Assembly (NCBI GenBank): GCA_036397755.1 | Contig: DASWII010000035.1 | Location: forward strand, 43,049-107,048 | Reading direction: 5' to 3' | From: Gemmatimonadales bacterium | GTDB lineage: Bacteria; Gemmatimonadota; Gemmatimonadetes; Gemmatimonadales; GWC2-71-9 | Length of the DNA stretch: 64,000 bases | Part shown: positions 1 to 9,435 of the stretch, in pieces | Position numbering within the stretch: position 1 is the stretch's first letter | Layout of the letters: every line of letters begins with the position of its first letter | Program-made: the position numbers and the translations under genes | Notes under the pieces: generated by a model | Told to the model about the DNA's origin: nothing | Database searches by the model: none | Seen by the model: the letters and a program-made list of their open reading frames with translations, nothing else

Positions 1-1493
1 TACACGACGCCGGGGTCGTGCGGCGACACGTGCATGGGCGAATCCCAGTTGAAGCGGTACTTGTGCCCCAGCATCGCATCGCCGACCGACCCGATGCGGT
101 TGGGATACGGGTGGATGCGCCTCGTGGCCCCGCTCCGCATGTCGGTGATCATGAACACGCCGCCCTGCAGATCGGAGTACACCAAGTGAGGCTTGTCAGG
201 CACCGGAATGGCGTAGAACCCGTCACCTCCGCTGACGCTGAACCAATCGTCGGCGATGATGCCCGCGCTGTGCGTGGTGCGGCTCGGTCCGCACCAACTC
301 CCGTTGTCTTGCAGACCGCCGCAGACGTTGTAGGGCTTCTGCAGGTCGTAGGCGATCTGGTAGAACTGCGAGAGAACGACGTTGTTGATGATGTCGAACG
401 ACTCGCCGGCGTCGCGGGACACTTGAAAGCCGCCATCGCTGCCACTGAGCAGCCGACGCGAGTCCATCGGGTCGATCCAAAGCGACTGATGGTCGCCGTG
501 CACGCCCCGACCGATGCGGTCAAACGTCCGTCCACCGTCCGTGGACTTGAACAGTCCTCCCGACAGCGAGTACACCACCTCCGGGTTCGTCGGGTCGACG
601 CGAATATCGCTGTAGTAGAACGGGCGGAAGTTGATGCTCCGCTCGTCGCTCACCATCCGCCAGGTGGATCCCGCATCGTTCGACCGGAACAGGGTGCCCT
701 GTGTGGGCGTCTCGGTCACCATGTACACGACGTCGGGGTGACTCATCGAGACCGCGACGCCGATCCGCGCCATCGGCTCGTTCGGCATCCCCGCACCGCG
801 CAGCTTGACCCATGTCACCCCACCGTCGGTCGTCTTGTAGAGGGCCGTTTCCCTCCCACCGTCATCGAACCGCCACGGGCGCCGTCGGAAGGTCCACATC
901 CCGGCGTACAGCACGCGCGGGTTGGACAGGTTCATCGAGAGGTCCGAGCAACCGGTGTCCTGGTCGATGAAGAGCACCTTCTCCCACGACGCGCCTGCAT
1001 CGGTCGTGCGAAACACGCCTCGCTCCGCGTTGGGTCCCCAGGCGTGGCCGAGTACGCACACATGGGCCACATCGGGGTCGCCGGGATGCACGGCAATCCG
1101 CTTGACCCGCTCGGTATCGTCCAGTCCAAGATGGGTCCACGACTCGCCGCCGTCCGTCGACCGGTAGACGCCATTGCCGTACGACGTGCTGTTGCGCGGG
1201 TCTCCCTCTCCGGACCCCAACCACAGGACGTTGTGATCCGACGGCGCCAACGCCAAGGCGCCGACCGAATACACCGGCTGGTCGGTGAACTGGTCGGTGA
1301 ACGTCGTCCCGCCGTTGGTGGTGCGGAACACGCCGCCGTCCGCGCCGCCGACCCAGAAGGTCAACGGATCTCCCGGCACGCCTTCGATGGCCGACACGCG
1401 ACCACCCATGTTGACGGGGCCGATCGCACGCCACTCCATCGACGCGATCGCCCCTGCGATGGCATTGGGAACGGGCCCCTGGCCAAGTGACAC
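1..1493 (-). CDS. BNR/Asp-box repeat beta-propeller protein (sortilin/VPS10-like glycosidase family). The 3' end lies beyond the window and the 5' end is apparently frameshifted.
   Basis: Hand translation of the reverse strand, codons at positions 3k..3k+2. The frame is open to the window edge, which is why it is absent from the ORF track. Repeated Asp-box motifs: YRSTDGGESW, FRTTDAGASW, YKTTDGGVTW, FRSNDAGSTW, FKSTDGGRTF. First in-frame start is GTG at 1493. A signal peptide with an SD sits in another frame at 1554 (see findings). Confidence 0.8.
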   Translation of the reverse strand, partial: MSLGQGPVPNAIAGAIASMEWRAIGPVNMGGRVSAIEGVPGDPLTFWVGGADGGVFRTTNGGTTFTDQFTDQPVYSVGALALAPSDHNVLWLGSGEGDPRNSTSYGNGVYRSTDGGESWTHLGLDDTERVKRIAVHPGDPDVAHVCVLGHAWGPNAERGVFRTTDAGASWEKVLFIDQDTGCSDLSMNLSNPRVLYAGMWTFRRRPWRFDDGGRETALYKTTDGGVTWVKLRGAGMPNEPMARIGVAVSMSHPDVVYMVTETPTQGTLFRSNDAGSTWRMVSDERSINFRPFYYSDIRVDPTNPEVVYSLSGGLFKSTDGGRTFDRIGRGVHGDHQSLWIDPMDSRRLLSGSDGGFQVSRDAGESFDIINNVVLSQFYQIAYDLQKPYNVCGGLQDNGSWCGPSRTTHSAGIIADDWFSVSGGDGFYAIPVPDKPHLVYSDLQGGVFMITDMRSGATRRIHPYPNRIGSVGDAMLGHKYRFNWDSPMHVSPHDPGVV

Positions 1494-1701
1494 GCTCGGT
1501 AGGGCGATCGCGATCCCCGCGACCACGACGATCCCTCGTTGCACGACGGACATTGGCGCACTCCTGCTCGTGATGGATGACACGCTGGCGGAGAATATTC
1601 CCGGCCGGTCGAGCCTTGGTAAGGGATCGGCGTCCGAGGGTCGCGCCGCGGACGGCGCGGCTGCGTGACTCAGCGGCAGCGGGCGAGGTATTCTTGAGTG
1701 C

Positions 1702-2343
1702 ATGCGACGCTCCGCCTACACCTTCGTCACCGCAGCGGCCACGGCAGCCACCCTGCTGCTGTCCGCGGCATGCGACACGCCGATCGACCTCGACGGACTC
1801 ACGCCACTGCCCGACGAGGCCGAACTCGACCTGGCGGTCATTGCTCTCGCCGAGCCCGTCGACTATTGGGAGTTTCGGATCGGTTCGCCAACCGCGGTGT
1901 GGCAGGTGCTGGGTGGCGCCGGCACGAAGACCCGGGACCAACTCGACTCGGCGACACTGGCGACATTCGACAGTACGATCCCCCCGACCGGCTCGTCACA
2001 TCGGTGCTTGCCGGGCGATTGCTTCTTCTACGTTGCCGCGATTCGCAACGACTCCATCTGGAGCTACAGCACGCCGGACGAGTTGCTCACCTTTCTCGGC
2101 CCTCTTGGAACGATCGAGGAAGCCGCCTTGCTCGTGACATTTCACGATTTCGACCTCGGAGGCGACCTCGATGAGTCAGGGTACCGCGCCGCCGCGGACG
2201 GGTGGGAGCTCCTCGTGCTCAAACTGGTCGCGTATTGTGATCCGATCCAAACGGACCGGTTCCTGCTGCACGTCTCATCCTCGGGCGTGGTTACGGAGCG
2301 CTCACGCGAAGTCTGGCGTCAGAGTTTCGGCGTGTGCATCTAG
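1702..2343 (+). CDS. hypothetical lipoprotein
   Basis: ORF track, 213 aa. N-terminal signal with lipobox-like LLLSAAC. I recognise no family. Confidence 0.65.
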   Translation: MRRSAYTFVTAAATAATLLLSAACDTPIDLDGLTPLPDEAELDLAVIALAEPVDYWEFRIGSPTAVWQVLGGAGTKTRDQLDSATLATFDSTIPPTGSSHRCLPGDCFFYVAAIRNDSIWSYSTPDELLTFLGPLGTIEEAALLVTFHDFDLGGDLDESGYRAAADGWELLVLKLVAYCDPIQTDRFLLHVSSSGVVTERSREVWRQSFGVCI

Positions 2344-2503
2344 TTGCGGCGTTTCAGGAGTTCGGAGTCCGCATCACCACTGACGTTCTCTAGCGGGACT
2401 CGGCACGCACCCACAACTTCTCCCGACGGGCCTCCGTGACGTCGCCGGGCGACCAGAACCCCTCCGTCACGGACTTGGCCCTTTGACGGGAAGGAGTTGT
2501 GAG

Positions 2504-3382
2504 ATGAACGATCGGCGCAACTTTCTCCGCACGGTCAGCGCGGTGACCGTGGCCGCCGCCGGCTGGCCGGCTCTTCCTGCCTGCACGCCATCCGGCGAGC
2601 TCGATCGGGCGCCGGAGGCGCCTGCGAACCCCACGGATCGATTGGAGCGGATCGGGGTGCAGCTGTACACGGTGCGCGCCGCGATGCGGGACGATGTCGG
2701 GGCTACACTCGCGCGGGTCGCGGATATCGGGTATCAGGAGGTGGAATTCGCGGGGTACTTCGACCACAAGCCGGCGGACATCCGGCGCATGCTCGACGAC
2801 AACGATCTCACCGCGCCCGCCGCCCATGTACCGTTGGAGCAACTCGAAGGCCAGACGACCGAACTCGTCGACCTCGCCAAGACCATCGGCCACGAGTATC
2901 TGATCCTGGCCTGGCTCGCCCAAACCGACTGGAACTCGGTCGCGGCGCTCCAACGCACGGCCGACCGGTTCAATCGTATCGGTGAAGCGCTCAATGCCGC
3001 GGGGTTGAAGTTCGCTTATCACAATCATGACTTCGAGTTCGCCACCGTCGGGAGCCGCACGGTGTACAGCACGCTCCTGGCGGAATGCGACCCCGCGCTC
3101 GTCCAGTTCGAGATGGACCTCTTTTGGATCACCAAGGGCGGTGGAGATCCCATGGCCGCCTTCGCGGCGCATCCCGGGCGATTCCCCTGCGTGCACGTGA
3201 AGGACATGGCGGCCGACGGGGCGATGGTGGATGTGGGCGCCGGGGAGATCGACTTTGCGAAGCTCTTCGCCCAGCGCGAATCCGCAGGCGTCCATCACTT
3301 CTTCGTGGAGCACGACGCGCCGGAGGATCCATTCGCGAGCATCACGGCTAGCCATGCCGCGCTGCGGAGTCTCCGATTCTAG
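2504..3382 (+). CDS. sugar phosphate isomerase/epimerase (xylose-isomerase-like TIM barrel), TAT-exported
   Basis: ATG at 2504 follows GGAAGGAG. N-terminus MNDRRNFLRTV resembles a twin-arginine signal. Body shows IGVQLYTVR...GYQEVEF...HNHDFEF, typical of the AP-endonuclease-2/XI-like TIM family. Confidence 0.85.
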   Translation: MNDRRNFLRTVSAVTVAAAGWPALPACTPSGELDRAPEAPANPTDRLERIGVQLYTVRAAMRDDVGATLARVADIGYQEVEFAGYFDHKPADIRRMLDDNDLTAPAAHVPLEQLEGQTTELVDLAKTIGHEYLILAWLAQTDWNSVAALQRTADRFNRIGEALNAAGLKFAYHNHDFEFATVGSRTVYSTLLAECDPALVQFEMDLFWITKGGGDPMAAFAAHPGRFPCVHVKDMAADGAMVDVGAGEIDFAKLFAQRESAGVHHFFVEHDAPEDPFASITASHAALRSLRF

Positions 3383-3472
3383 ACGGTCGGCGCATCTTCA
3401 CGGGAGGCTCAAGATCTCTTCAGGGGCCCTCGCGTAGGCTCGCTGCAACACCGCTCTGCCCGCGAGGATCGT

Positions 3473-4438
3473 ATGACGCCCACACCCGTGTCCCGCCGCG
3501 AATTCGTGGCCATGGGAGCCGCCGGAGCCACGGCGGCCCTGCTGCATCAGCCGGGATCTCCAATGCCTGAGTCACCGATGCCGGAACGCGCGCTCGGCCG
3601 GACCGGGCATCGCGTGCGCCTGTTCAGTCTCGGCGGTCAAGCGACGCTCGAGCAGAATGGGACGCGTGACGTCTCCGTCGCGATCGTCAATCGCGCGATC
3701 GACCTCGGCGTGAATTACATCGACACGGCCGCCGCCTACGGGCGAGGCATCAGCCAGACCTACATCGGCGAAGTCATGGCGAGTCGCCGCGACGAAGTGT
3801 TCCTCGCCTCCAAAACGCACGACCGGACCCGCGACGGCTCGCGGGCCCTGCTCGAGGACAGCCTCACGAGGCTCCAGACGGACCATCTCGACTTGTGGCA
3901 GCTGCACAACGTCATGACGGTCGAGCAGCTCGACCAGATCTTCGGACCCGGCGGAGCGATCGAGGCAATGCTCCAGGCGCGGGACGAGGACATCGTCCGA
4001 TTCCTCGGCATCACCGGTCACTGGGATCCGCACGTGCTGGTCGAAGGTCTCGCGCGGTTCGAGTTCGATACCATCCTGATGGCGTTGAACGCGGCAGATC
4101 GGCATGTCGACTCCTTCATCGAGACGTTACTCCCCGTGGCGGTGGACAAGGGCATTGGGATCATCGGGATGAAGATCCCCGCGCGCGGTCGCATCTTCCG
4201 CGCGGGCGGCGTCACCACCATGCGCGATGCGATGAACTACGTGCTCACGCTGCCGGTGAGCACCGTCATCGTCGGCTGCGACACGGTGGCACAGATCGAG
4301 GAGAACGTCGCGATTGCCCGCGACTTCAAACCGCTTTCACCGGAGAAGATGGCGGCCCTCGAAGCCGCCACCGGCCCTTACGCCGCCGACGCGGCATTTT
4401 TCCGCAAGAGCGGAGCGGGGTGGCGGCGCGACTCGTAG
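3473..4438 (+). CDS. aldo/keto reductase, TAT signal
   Basis: SRREFVAMGAAGA twin-arginine leader. AKR-like blocks LGRTGHRVRLFSLGG, INYIDTAAAYGRG, DLWQLHNV. Confidence 0.85.
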   Translation: MTPTPVSRREFVAMGAAGATAALLHQPGSPMPESPMPERALGRTGHRVRLFSLGGQATLEQNGTRDVSVAIVNRAIDLGVNYIDTAAAYGRGISQTYIGEVMASRRDEVFLASKTHDRTRDGSRALLEDSLTRLQTDHLDLWQLHNVMTVEQLDQIFGPGGAIEAMLQARDEDIVRFLGITGHWDPHVLVEGLARFEFDTILMALNAADRHVDSFIETLLPVAVDKGIGIIGMKIPARGRIFRAGGVTTMRDAMNYVLTLPVSTVIVGCDTVAQIEENVAIARDFKPLSPEKMAALEAATGPYAADAAFFRKSGAGWRRDS

Positions 4439-4510
4439 CCGGCGCCCGCGCCTATCGACCCCGCCACCGGCCGTCGTATACTTGAGGCACCCTCCTTGGG
4501 AGCCTCGGTG

Positions 4511-5089
4511 ATGCGACTGCTTACGTTGATCTGCACAGCCTCCATCGCCGCCACGGCGGCGGCGGCACAGGACACCCCACCGGCCGTACCGTTGGCCATC
4601 GGCGCTGTGGCACCCGACTTTGCGTTGCCCGGCGCCACGCGCTATGGCGTGCTCGGGGAACCGGTTCGCCTGAGTGACTACGCAGGGAAGACGGTGGTCC
4701 TGGCGTTCTTCTTTAGAGCAAGGACGCGTGGCTGAACGATCCAAATGCATGCGTACCGTGATCAGTACGCACAGCTGTTCCACAACGGCCGCAACGTCGT
4801 ACTCATCGCCATCAGCGCCGATTCGGTGGACGCCCTCGCGTCGTGGGCTCGCGACGACGAGTTCCCGTTCGTCATGGCCAGTGACCTCGGCGCGCTCGTC
4901 GGCCAGCAGTACGGTGCGCTCGCGAGTCGGCCCGGTCTTACCAACCGGAACCTCTTTGTGGTGGGACCGGACGGAAAGATCGCGTGGCGCGCCATTCCCT
5001 TTCGCGAGATCGATCCGACGGCCTACGAGGAACTCGGCGAGGCGCTGGATCGCATCGCGGCGCCCGTGGAGGACGGCGGCGGGCAGTAG
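4511..5089 (+). CDS. secreted peroxiredoxin (AhpC/TSA/Bcp-like) with an in-frame UGA at the peroxidatic position; candidate selenoprotein
   Basis: ORFs 4496..4735 and 4745..5089 share a frame and are separated only by TGA 4733-4735. The joined read VVLAFFFRARTRG-U-TIQMHAYRDQYAQLF matches the Prx T-x-x-C motif. Signal peptide MRLLTLICTASIAATAAAAQ. GGGAG lies 8 nt before ATG 4511. Confidence 0.7.
4750..4771 (+). promoter_or_regulatory. candidate bacterial SECIS-like hairpin
   Basis: UGCGUAC-CGUGAUCA-GUACGCA: 7 bp stem, 8 nt loop with G at loop position 2. The stem starts 14 nt after the UGA. Confidence 0.45.
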
Positions 5090-5189
5090 GCGACCGGGCG
5101 GGCGCAAGGGGGCGCCGTTGCACCCTCGGTGGCAAGGCGCCGCGGCCTATTGACACGACGTAGGCGGGCTCGAGGAGCGGCGGTTTTCC

Positions 5190-6290
5190 ATGGCAGAGCA
5201 GGATTTCGACGGTCTGCGTGAGCGCATTCGCCAACTCGATCTGGAACTGCTGGCGCGGGTGGCGGAGCGTGTGCAGCTGGCGAGGCAGGTGGGCGAGCTC
5301 AAGCGCCGACAGAACCTCTCGACAGTGGACTTCGCTCAGGAAAGGGTGGTGTTGGAGCGCGCCCGCGCCATCGCGCAGGAACGCGGCCTCGATCCGCAGG
5401 TGGCCGAAGATCTTTTCGCCGGGCTCATCCGTGCCTCGGTGACGGCTCAGGACGACGACAGGATACGCCTCGCGGCCGTGGGCGCGGGCAAGAACGCGGT
5501 CATCGTCGGTGGCGCCGGTCGGATGGGCCGATGGCTGGGCCGGTTCCTATCGGCCCAAGGGTACACCACGGGTGCTCTCGACCCGGGCTCGGCGCCCGAG
5601 GAAAGCGATTGGGCTCGCCGTTCGTTGCCGTCGGCGGACCTCATCGTGTGCTCCACGCCGCCGGCCGCCACCGCCGAGCTGTATGCGGAGTGGTCCGCGA
5701 CACCGCCGGTGGGAGTGGTGGTCGATATCGCCAGCATCAAGACGCCCCTCATCGAGCCGATCCGCGCACTTCAGCGCGCCGGCGGCCGCGTCGCCTCGAT
5801 CCACCCGATGTTCGGGCCGTCCGCTGTCTTGTTGCGCGATGCCGACGTGGTGATCTGCGACACCGGCGACTCTGAAGCCACCTCGACGGTGGAGAAGCTT
5901 TTCGAGCCGACCACCGTCAATGTCGTGCACATGCCGCTTTCCGACCACGACCGGATCATGGCCGACCTCCTGAGCGTGGCACACGCCACCGCGATCGCCT
6001 TTGCGCTCGCCCTGCCAAGGACCGACCACCCCGTTCGCAGCACCACCTTCCGGGCTCTGGAGTTGCTCGCCGCCGCGGCCGTGCGCGAGAGCCCGGACGT
6101 CTACTACGAGATTCAGGCCATGAACCCACATTCGGCGGTGGCACTCGAGCGGCTGCGCGCCGCGCTGGATCGGATCGTCGCCGCAGTCACGGCGCGGGAT
6201 TCGCGAGCGTTTCGCGCTCTGCTTGACGAGGGACGGAGTCGCACGCCGGAGGCGACGGGGGAGAGACGCGGTCTCAACGCCGGTGATTAA
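5190..6290 (+). CDS. tyrA: bifunctional chorismate mutase / prephenate dehydrogenase
   Basis: N-terminal CM_2-like helix region (LRERIRQLDLELLARVAERVQLARQVGELKR), followed by a Rossmann motif VIVGGAGRMGRW and a prephenate dehydrogenase body. Confidence 0.85.
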   Translation: MAEQDFDGLRERIRQLDLELLARVAERVQLARQVGELKRRQNLSTVDFAQERVVLERARAIAQERGLDPQVAEDLFAGLIRASVTAQDDDRIRLAAVGAGKNAVIVGGAGRMGRWLGRFLSAQGYTTGALDPGSAPEESDWARRSLPSADLIVCSTPPAATAELYAEWSATPPVGVVVDIASIKTPLIEPIRALQRAGGRVASIHPMFGPSAVLLRDADVVICDTGDSEATSTVEKLFEPTTVNVVHMPLSDHDRIMADLLSVAHATAIAFALALPRTDHPVRSTTFRALELLAAAAVRESPDVYYEIQAMNPHSAVALERLRAALDRIVAAVTARDSRAFRALLDEGRSRTPEATGERRGLNAGD

Positions 6291-6373
6291 CGCGCAAATG
6301 ACTTGAAGCACTTAGGGAAACCGACTCGCCCAGATCGACCTCCTCGGCTGCTTTACGAGGTGCATCCCGACCC

Positions 6374-6880
6374 CTACCGCCTGTTGACCACCACCGCCTC
6401 GAGTGCCCCCGCAAAGTCCTGATCGCTCCCCGCGCCGGTATATACGACAGTGCCGCTGGAATCGAGAATCACGACGTACGACGTCGTCGGAGCCATGAAG
6501 GCGCGGGTCGCCCGGCCCCGCGTATCCCACAAGACCATGAACGGCAGTGCCTCACTTTCCAGATGGCGCCGGATCGTCCGTTGCGACTGGTTCACGGCCA
6601 CGGCGACCGCGATGAACGTCACGCGGTCTCCATACTCCGCGTGCATCGCCTTCATGTACGGAAACAGACGGGTGCAATCGGGACACCAGGTTGCCCAAAA
6701 CTGCAGCAGCACGGGCGTCTTGCCGACGACTTGCCCGAGATCGAACGGCTCGCCGTCGAGGTCCTCGATCACGACTCCCGCGGCCACCGTGCCGCGCGCC
6801 AAACCAATTTGATCCTGGGCGGCGAGCGGTGTCCCGGCGACGATACTCGCGGCGGCAACGCCAAGGGTGAGATGTCTCAT
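6374..6880 (-). CDS. TlpA/ResA-like periplasmic thioredoxin (thiol:disulfide oxidoreductase)
   Basis: C-terminal 168 aa of track ORF 6374..7618, starting at MRHLTLGVAAAS (ATG 6880). Has a signal peptide and a WCPDC active site. Confidence 0.85.
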   Translation of the reverse strand: MRHLTLGVAAASIVAGTPLAAQDQIGLARGTVAAGVVIEDLDGEPFDLGQVVGKTPVLLQFWATWCPDCTRLFPYMKAMHAEYGDRVTFIAVAVAVNQSQRTIRRHLESEALPFMVLWDTRGRATRAFMAPTTSYVVILDSSGTVVYTGAGSDQDFAGALEAVVVNRR

Positions 6881-6888
6881 ACGCACGA

Positions 6889-7611
6889 TTATCCCCAATA
6901 GGACAGTCCGGCCAGCCAGAGGTAATACCCCGCCATACCAAGCATGATCGCACCGGCGCCGCGTGTCACCCATACCATCCAGCGACCCGACCGCGGCAGC
7001 AACACCAGCGTGCCGGAGAAGACTCCCACGACCGCCAGCACCGCCGTCATGCCGAGGGAGAACACGAAGAGGTAGGCGAAACCGAGGACGCCGCTGCCCG
7101 TCGTGGTCACCCACGTCAGCACGGCCGCAAACGCCGGCGCACCGCAGGGAGCAGCCACGATCCCCGAGGTGGCGCCCAAGGTGAATACCGCCGGGTAACT
7201 CCCGCCCGGCAGTGATCCGGCCCAGCTGACGACGCGAGCGGGTAGGGCCACCGCGAACACCCCGAACATACTGAGCGCAAACAGAATAAGCAGCGCGGCA
7301 ATGGCCACCCGAGCAAGCGGGTGCGACGCCACCGAGCCGAAGAGCGACCCCGAGAGCCCGGCCACCAAGCCCACGCTCGCGTACAGCAACGCGAGCCCCG
7401 CGACGTACGTGGCGGTGAGCCCGAGGCGGCGGCGGAATGACGCCCCTGCTCCCTCGGCGCCGGCGATGACGCTCGCCGTGATGGGAATCATGGGATAGAT
7501 GCAAGGCGTCAAGCTCGTGAGCAGCCCAGCGCCGAACAGCGTCACCAGGGCGATTGGTGGGCTGTCGGTCAAGGCTTCGGTCAGTCCCTGCAAAACGAGG
7601 AGCGTCACCAT
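6889..7611 (-). CDS. ccdA: cytochrome c biogenesis / thiol-reductant transporter CcdA (DsbD-family core)
   Basis: 240 aa polytopic membrane protein with the two conserved Cys motifs TPCIYPMIP and APCGAP. It ends 8 nt upstream of the thioredoxin gene. Confidence 0.85.
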   Translation of the reverse strand: MVTLLVLQGLTEALTDSPPIALVTLFGAGLLTSLTPCIYPMIPITASVIAGAEGAGASFRRRLGLTATYVAGLALLYASVGLVAGLSGSLFGSVASHPLARVAIAALLILFALSMFGVFAVALPARVVSWAGSLPGGSYPAVFTLGATSGIVAAPCGAPAFAAVLTWVTTTGSGVLGFAYLFVFSLGMTAVLAVVGVFSGTLVLLPRSGRWMVWVTRGAGAIMLGMAGYYLWLAGLSYWG

Positions 7612-7740
7612 GGCTCAAGAAGGATAGTCCACCGCCCAGGACCCGCCAGCGCTCGGTCGTCCGGCGACCCGGCCCCTTTTCTACTGTTCAGCACACGGCC
7701 TCGCGCGTACCTTCTCCGGCGGACGACAAGGAGAGCCGAT

Positions 7741-9435
7741 ATGCGTTTGCGGCGGCAGGAGACCTACGACGTGTGCATCGTGGGCTCGGGCGCCGGCGGG
7801 GGGATGGCGGCGAAGGCGCTGTGCGACGCCGGCGTCAAGGTCATCATGCTCGAGGCCGGGCCGATGTGGGACAACACGAAGGACGCCGCGATGTTCAAGT
7901 GGGCGTACGACTCGCCGCGACGTGGCGCATCGACCCCCGAACGGCAATTCGGCGAGTTCGGCGCGAACCTCGGAGGGTGGTCACTCAGCGGCGAACCCTA
8001 CACGCGGGCGACCGGCACCGAGTTCGACTGGTTCCGGTCGCGCATGCTGGGCGGCCGCACCAATCACTGGGGGCGAATCTCGCTGCGCTTCGGGCCGGAC
8101 GATTTTCGCCGTAAGACGCTCGACGGCCTCGGCGACGACTGGCCCATCACCTACGACGACATCGCGCCGTACTACGATCGCGTGGACCGCCTCATCGGCG
8201 TCTTCGGCAGTCGGGAGGGCATCCCCAACCAGCCGGACGGGATCTTCCAGCCGCCGCCACAACCGCGCTGCTGGGAACTCCTGATTCAGCAAGCATCCCG
8301 CCGCTTGGATATTCCCTGCATCCCCTCGAGACTCTCGATCATCACGCGGCCGCTACATGGACGGCCGGCATGCCATTATTGTGGCCAATGCAGTCGCGGG
8401 TGTTCCACCAACGCGAACTTTACGTCCCCGAACGTGCTCATTCTCCCCACCCTCAGCTCGGGGAACTTGACCTTGCGGGTCAACGCGATGGTTCGAGAAG
8501 TGACGCACGACCGGCGCGGGCTTGCGACCGGCGTGGTGTACATCGACAAAGACTCCGGACGGGAAGAGCAGGTGCGGGCGCGCATCGTGGTCTTGGCGGC
8601 GAGCGCGTGTGAGTCCGCGCGGATCTTGCTCAATTCCCGCTCGAGCATGTTCCCTGACGGGTTGGCCAACTCCAGTGGCACCGTCGGCAAGTACCTGACG
8701 GATACGACGGGAACGGACGTGTCCGGCTTCATTCCCGCCCTGATGAACGGTATTCCACACAACGAGGACGGCGTGGGTGGGGCGCATCTGTACATGCCGT
8801 GGTGGCTGGACAACGCCACACTGGACTTTCCGCGCGGATACCATATCGAGATCTGGGGTGGGCGCGGGATGCCCGGTTACGGCTTCATGGGCAACATTCA
8901 CAACTACCCCGGCCAGGACGGCGGGTACGGCCGGGCACTCAAGGAGGACTATCGACGCTACTATGGGTCGATCGTGGGATTCTCCGGACGGGGCGAGATG
9001 GTGCCGAATGACGACTCGTACTGCGATATCGATCCCGACACCGTCGACCGGTGGGGAATCCCGGTACTACGGTTTCACTTCAAGTGGACCGATCATGAGC
9101 GCCTTCAGGTCAAACACATGCAGCAGACCTTCCGCACGCTGATCCGGCAGATGGGTGGCGAGCCATTTGGCGACATGCCGTCGGCGGAGCGCGGCTACGG
9201 CATCGCGCCGGGCGGCCGTATCATCCACGAACTCGGCGTGACACGCATGGGCAACGACTCCGCCACGTCCGTCACCAACGCCTGGTCGCAGGCGCACGAC
9301 GTCAAGAATCTCTTCGTGGCCGACGGCGGCCCTTTCGTGTCCCAAGCGGACAAGAACCCGACGTGGACGATCCTCGCCCTGGCGTGGCGCGCGGCCGATT
9401 ACATCGTCGAGCAGCGGCGAGCGGGGGCGCTATGA
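7741..9435 (+). CDS. GMC family FAD oxidoreductase (gluconate 2-dehydrogenase flavoprotein-like large subunit)
   Basis: YDVCIVGSGAGGGMAAKAL FAD-binding motif. Has a GMC C-terminal region. AAGGAGAG lies before the ATG. Confidence 0.9.
   Translation: MRLRRQETYDVCIVGSGAGGGMAAKALCDAGVKVIMLEAGPMWDNTKDAAMFKWAYDSPRRGASTPERQFGEFGANLGGWSLSGEPYTRATGTEFDWFRSRMLGGRTNHWGRISLRFGPDDFRRKTLDGLGDDWPITYDDIAPYYDRVDRLIGVFGSREGIPNQPDGIFQPPPQPRCWELLIQQASRRLDIPCIPSRLSIITRPLHGRPACHYCGQCSRGCSTNANFTSPNVLILPTLSSGNLTLRVNAMVREVTHDRRGLATGVVYIDKDSGREEQVRARIVVLAASACESARILLNSRSSMFPDGLANSSGTVGKYLTDTTGTDVSGFIPALMNGIPHNEDGVGGAHLYMPWWLDNATLDFPRGYHIEIWGGRGMPGYGFMGNIHNYPGQDGGYGRALKEDYRRYYGSIVGFSGRGEMVPNDDSYCDIDPDTVDRWGIPVLRFHFKWTDHERLQVKHMQQTFRTLIRQMGGEPFGDMPSAERGYGIAPGGRIIHELGVTRMGNDSATSVTNAWSQAHDVKNLFVADGGPFVSQADKNPTWTILALAWRAADYIVEQRRAGAL

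Noticed and set aside
18-1941. Long track ORFs 18..1490 (+, 490 aa) and 862..1941 (-, 359 aa).
   Set aside because: The translations are Arg/Gly/Pro/His-rich and low-complexity, with no motifs. They are off-frame or antisense shadows of the real BNR gene, whose Asp-box repeats read cleanly in the third minus frame.
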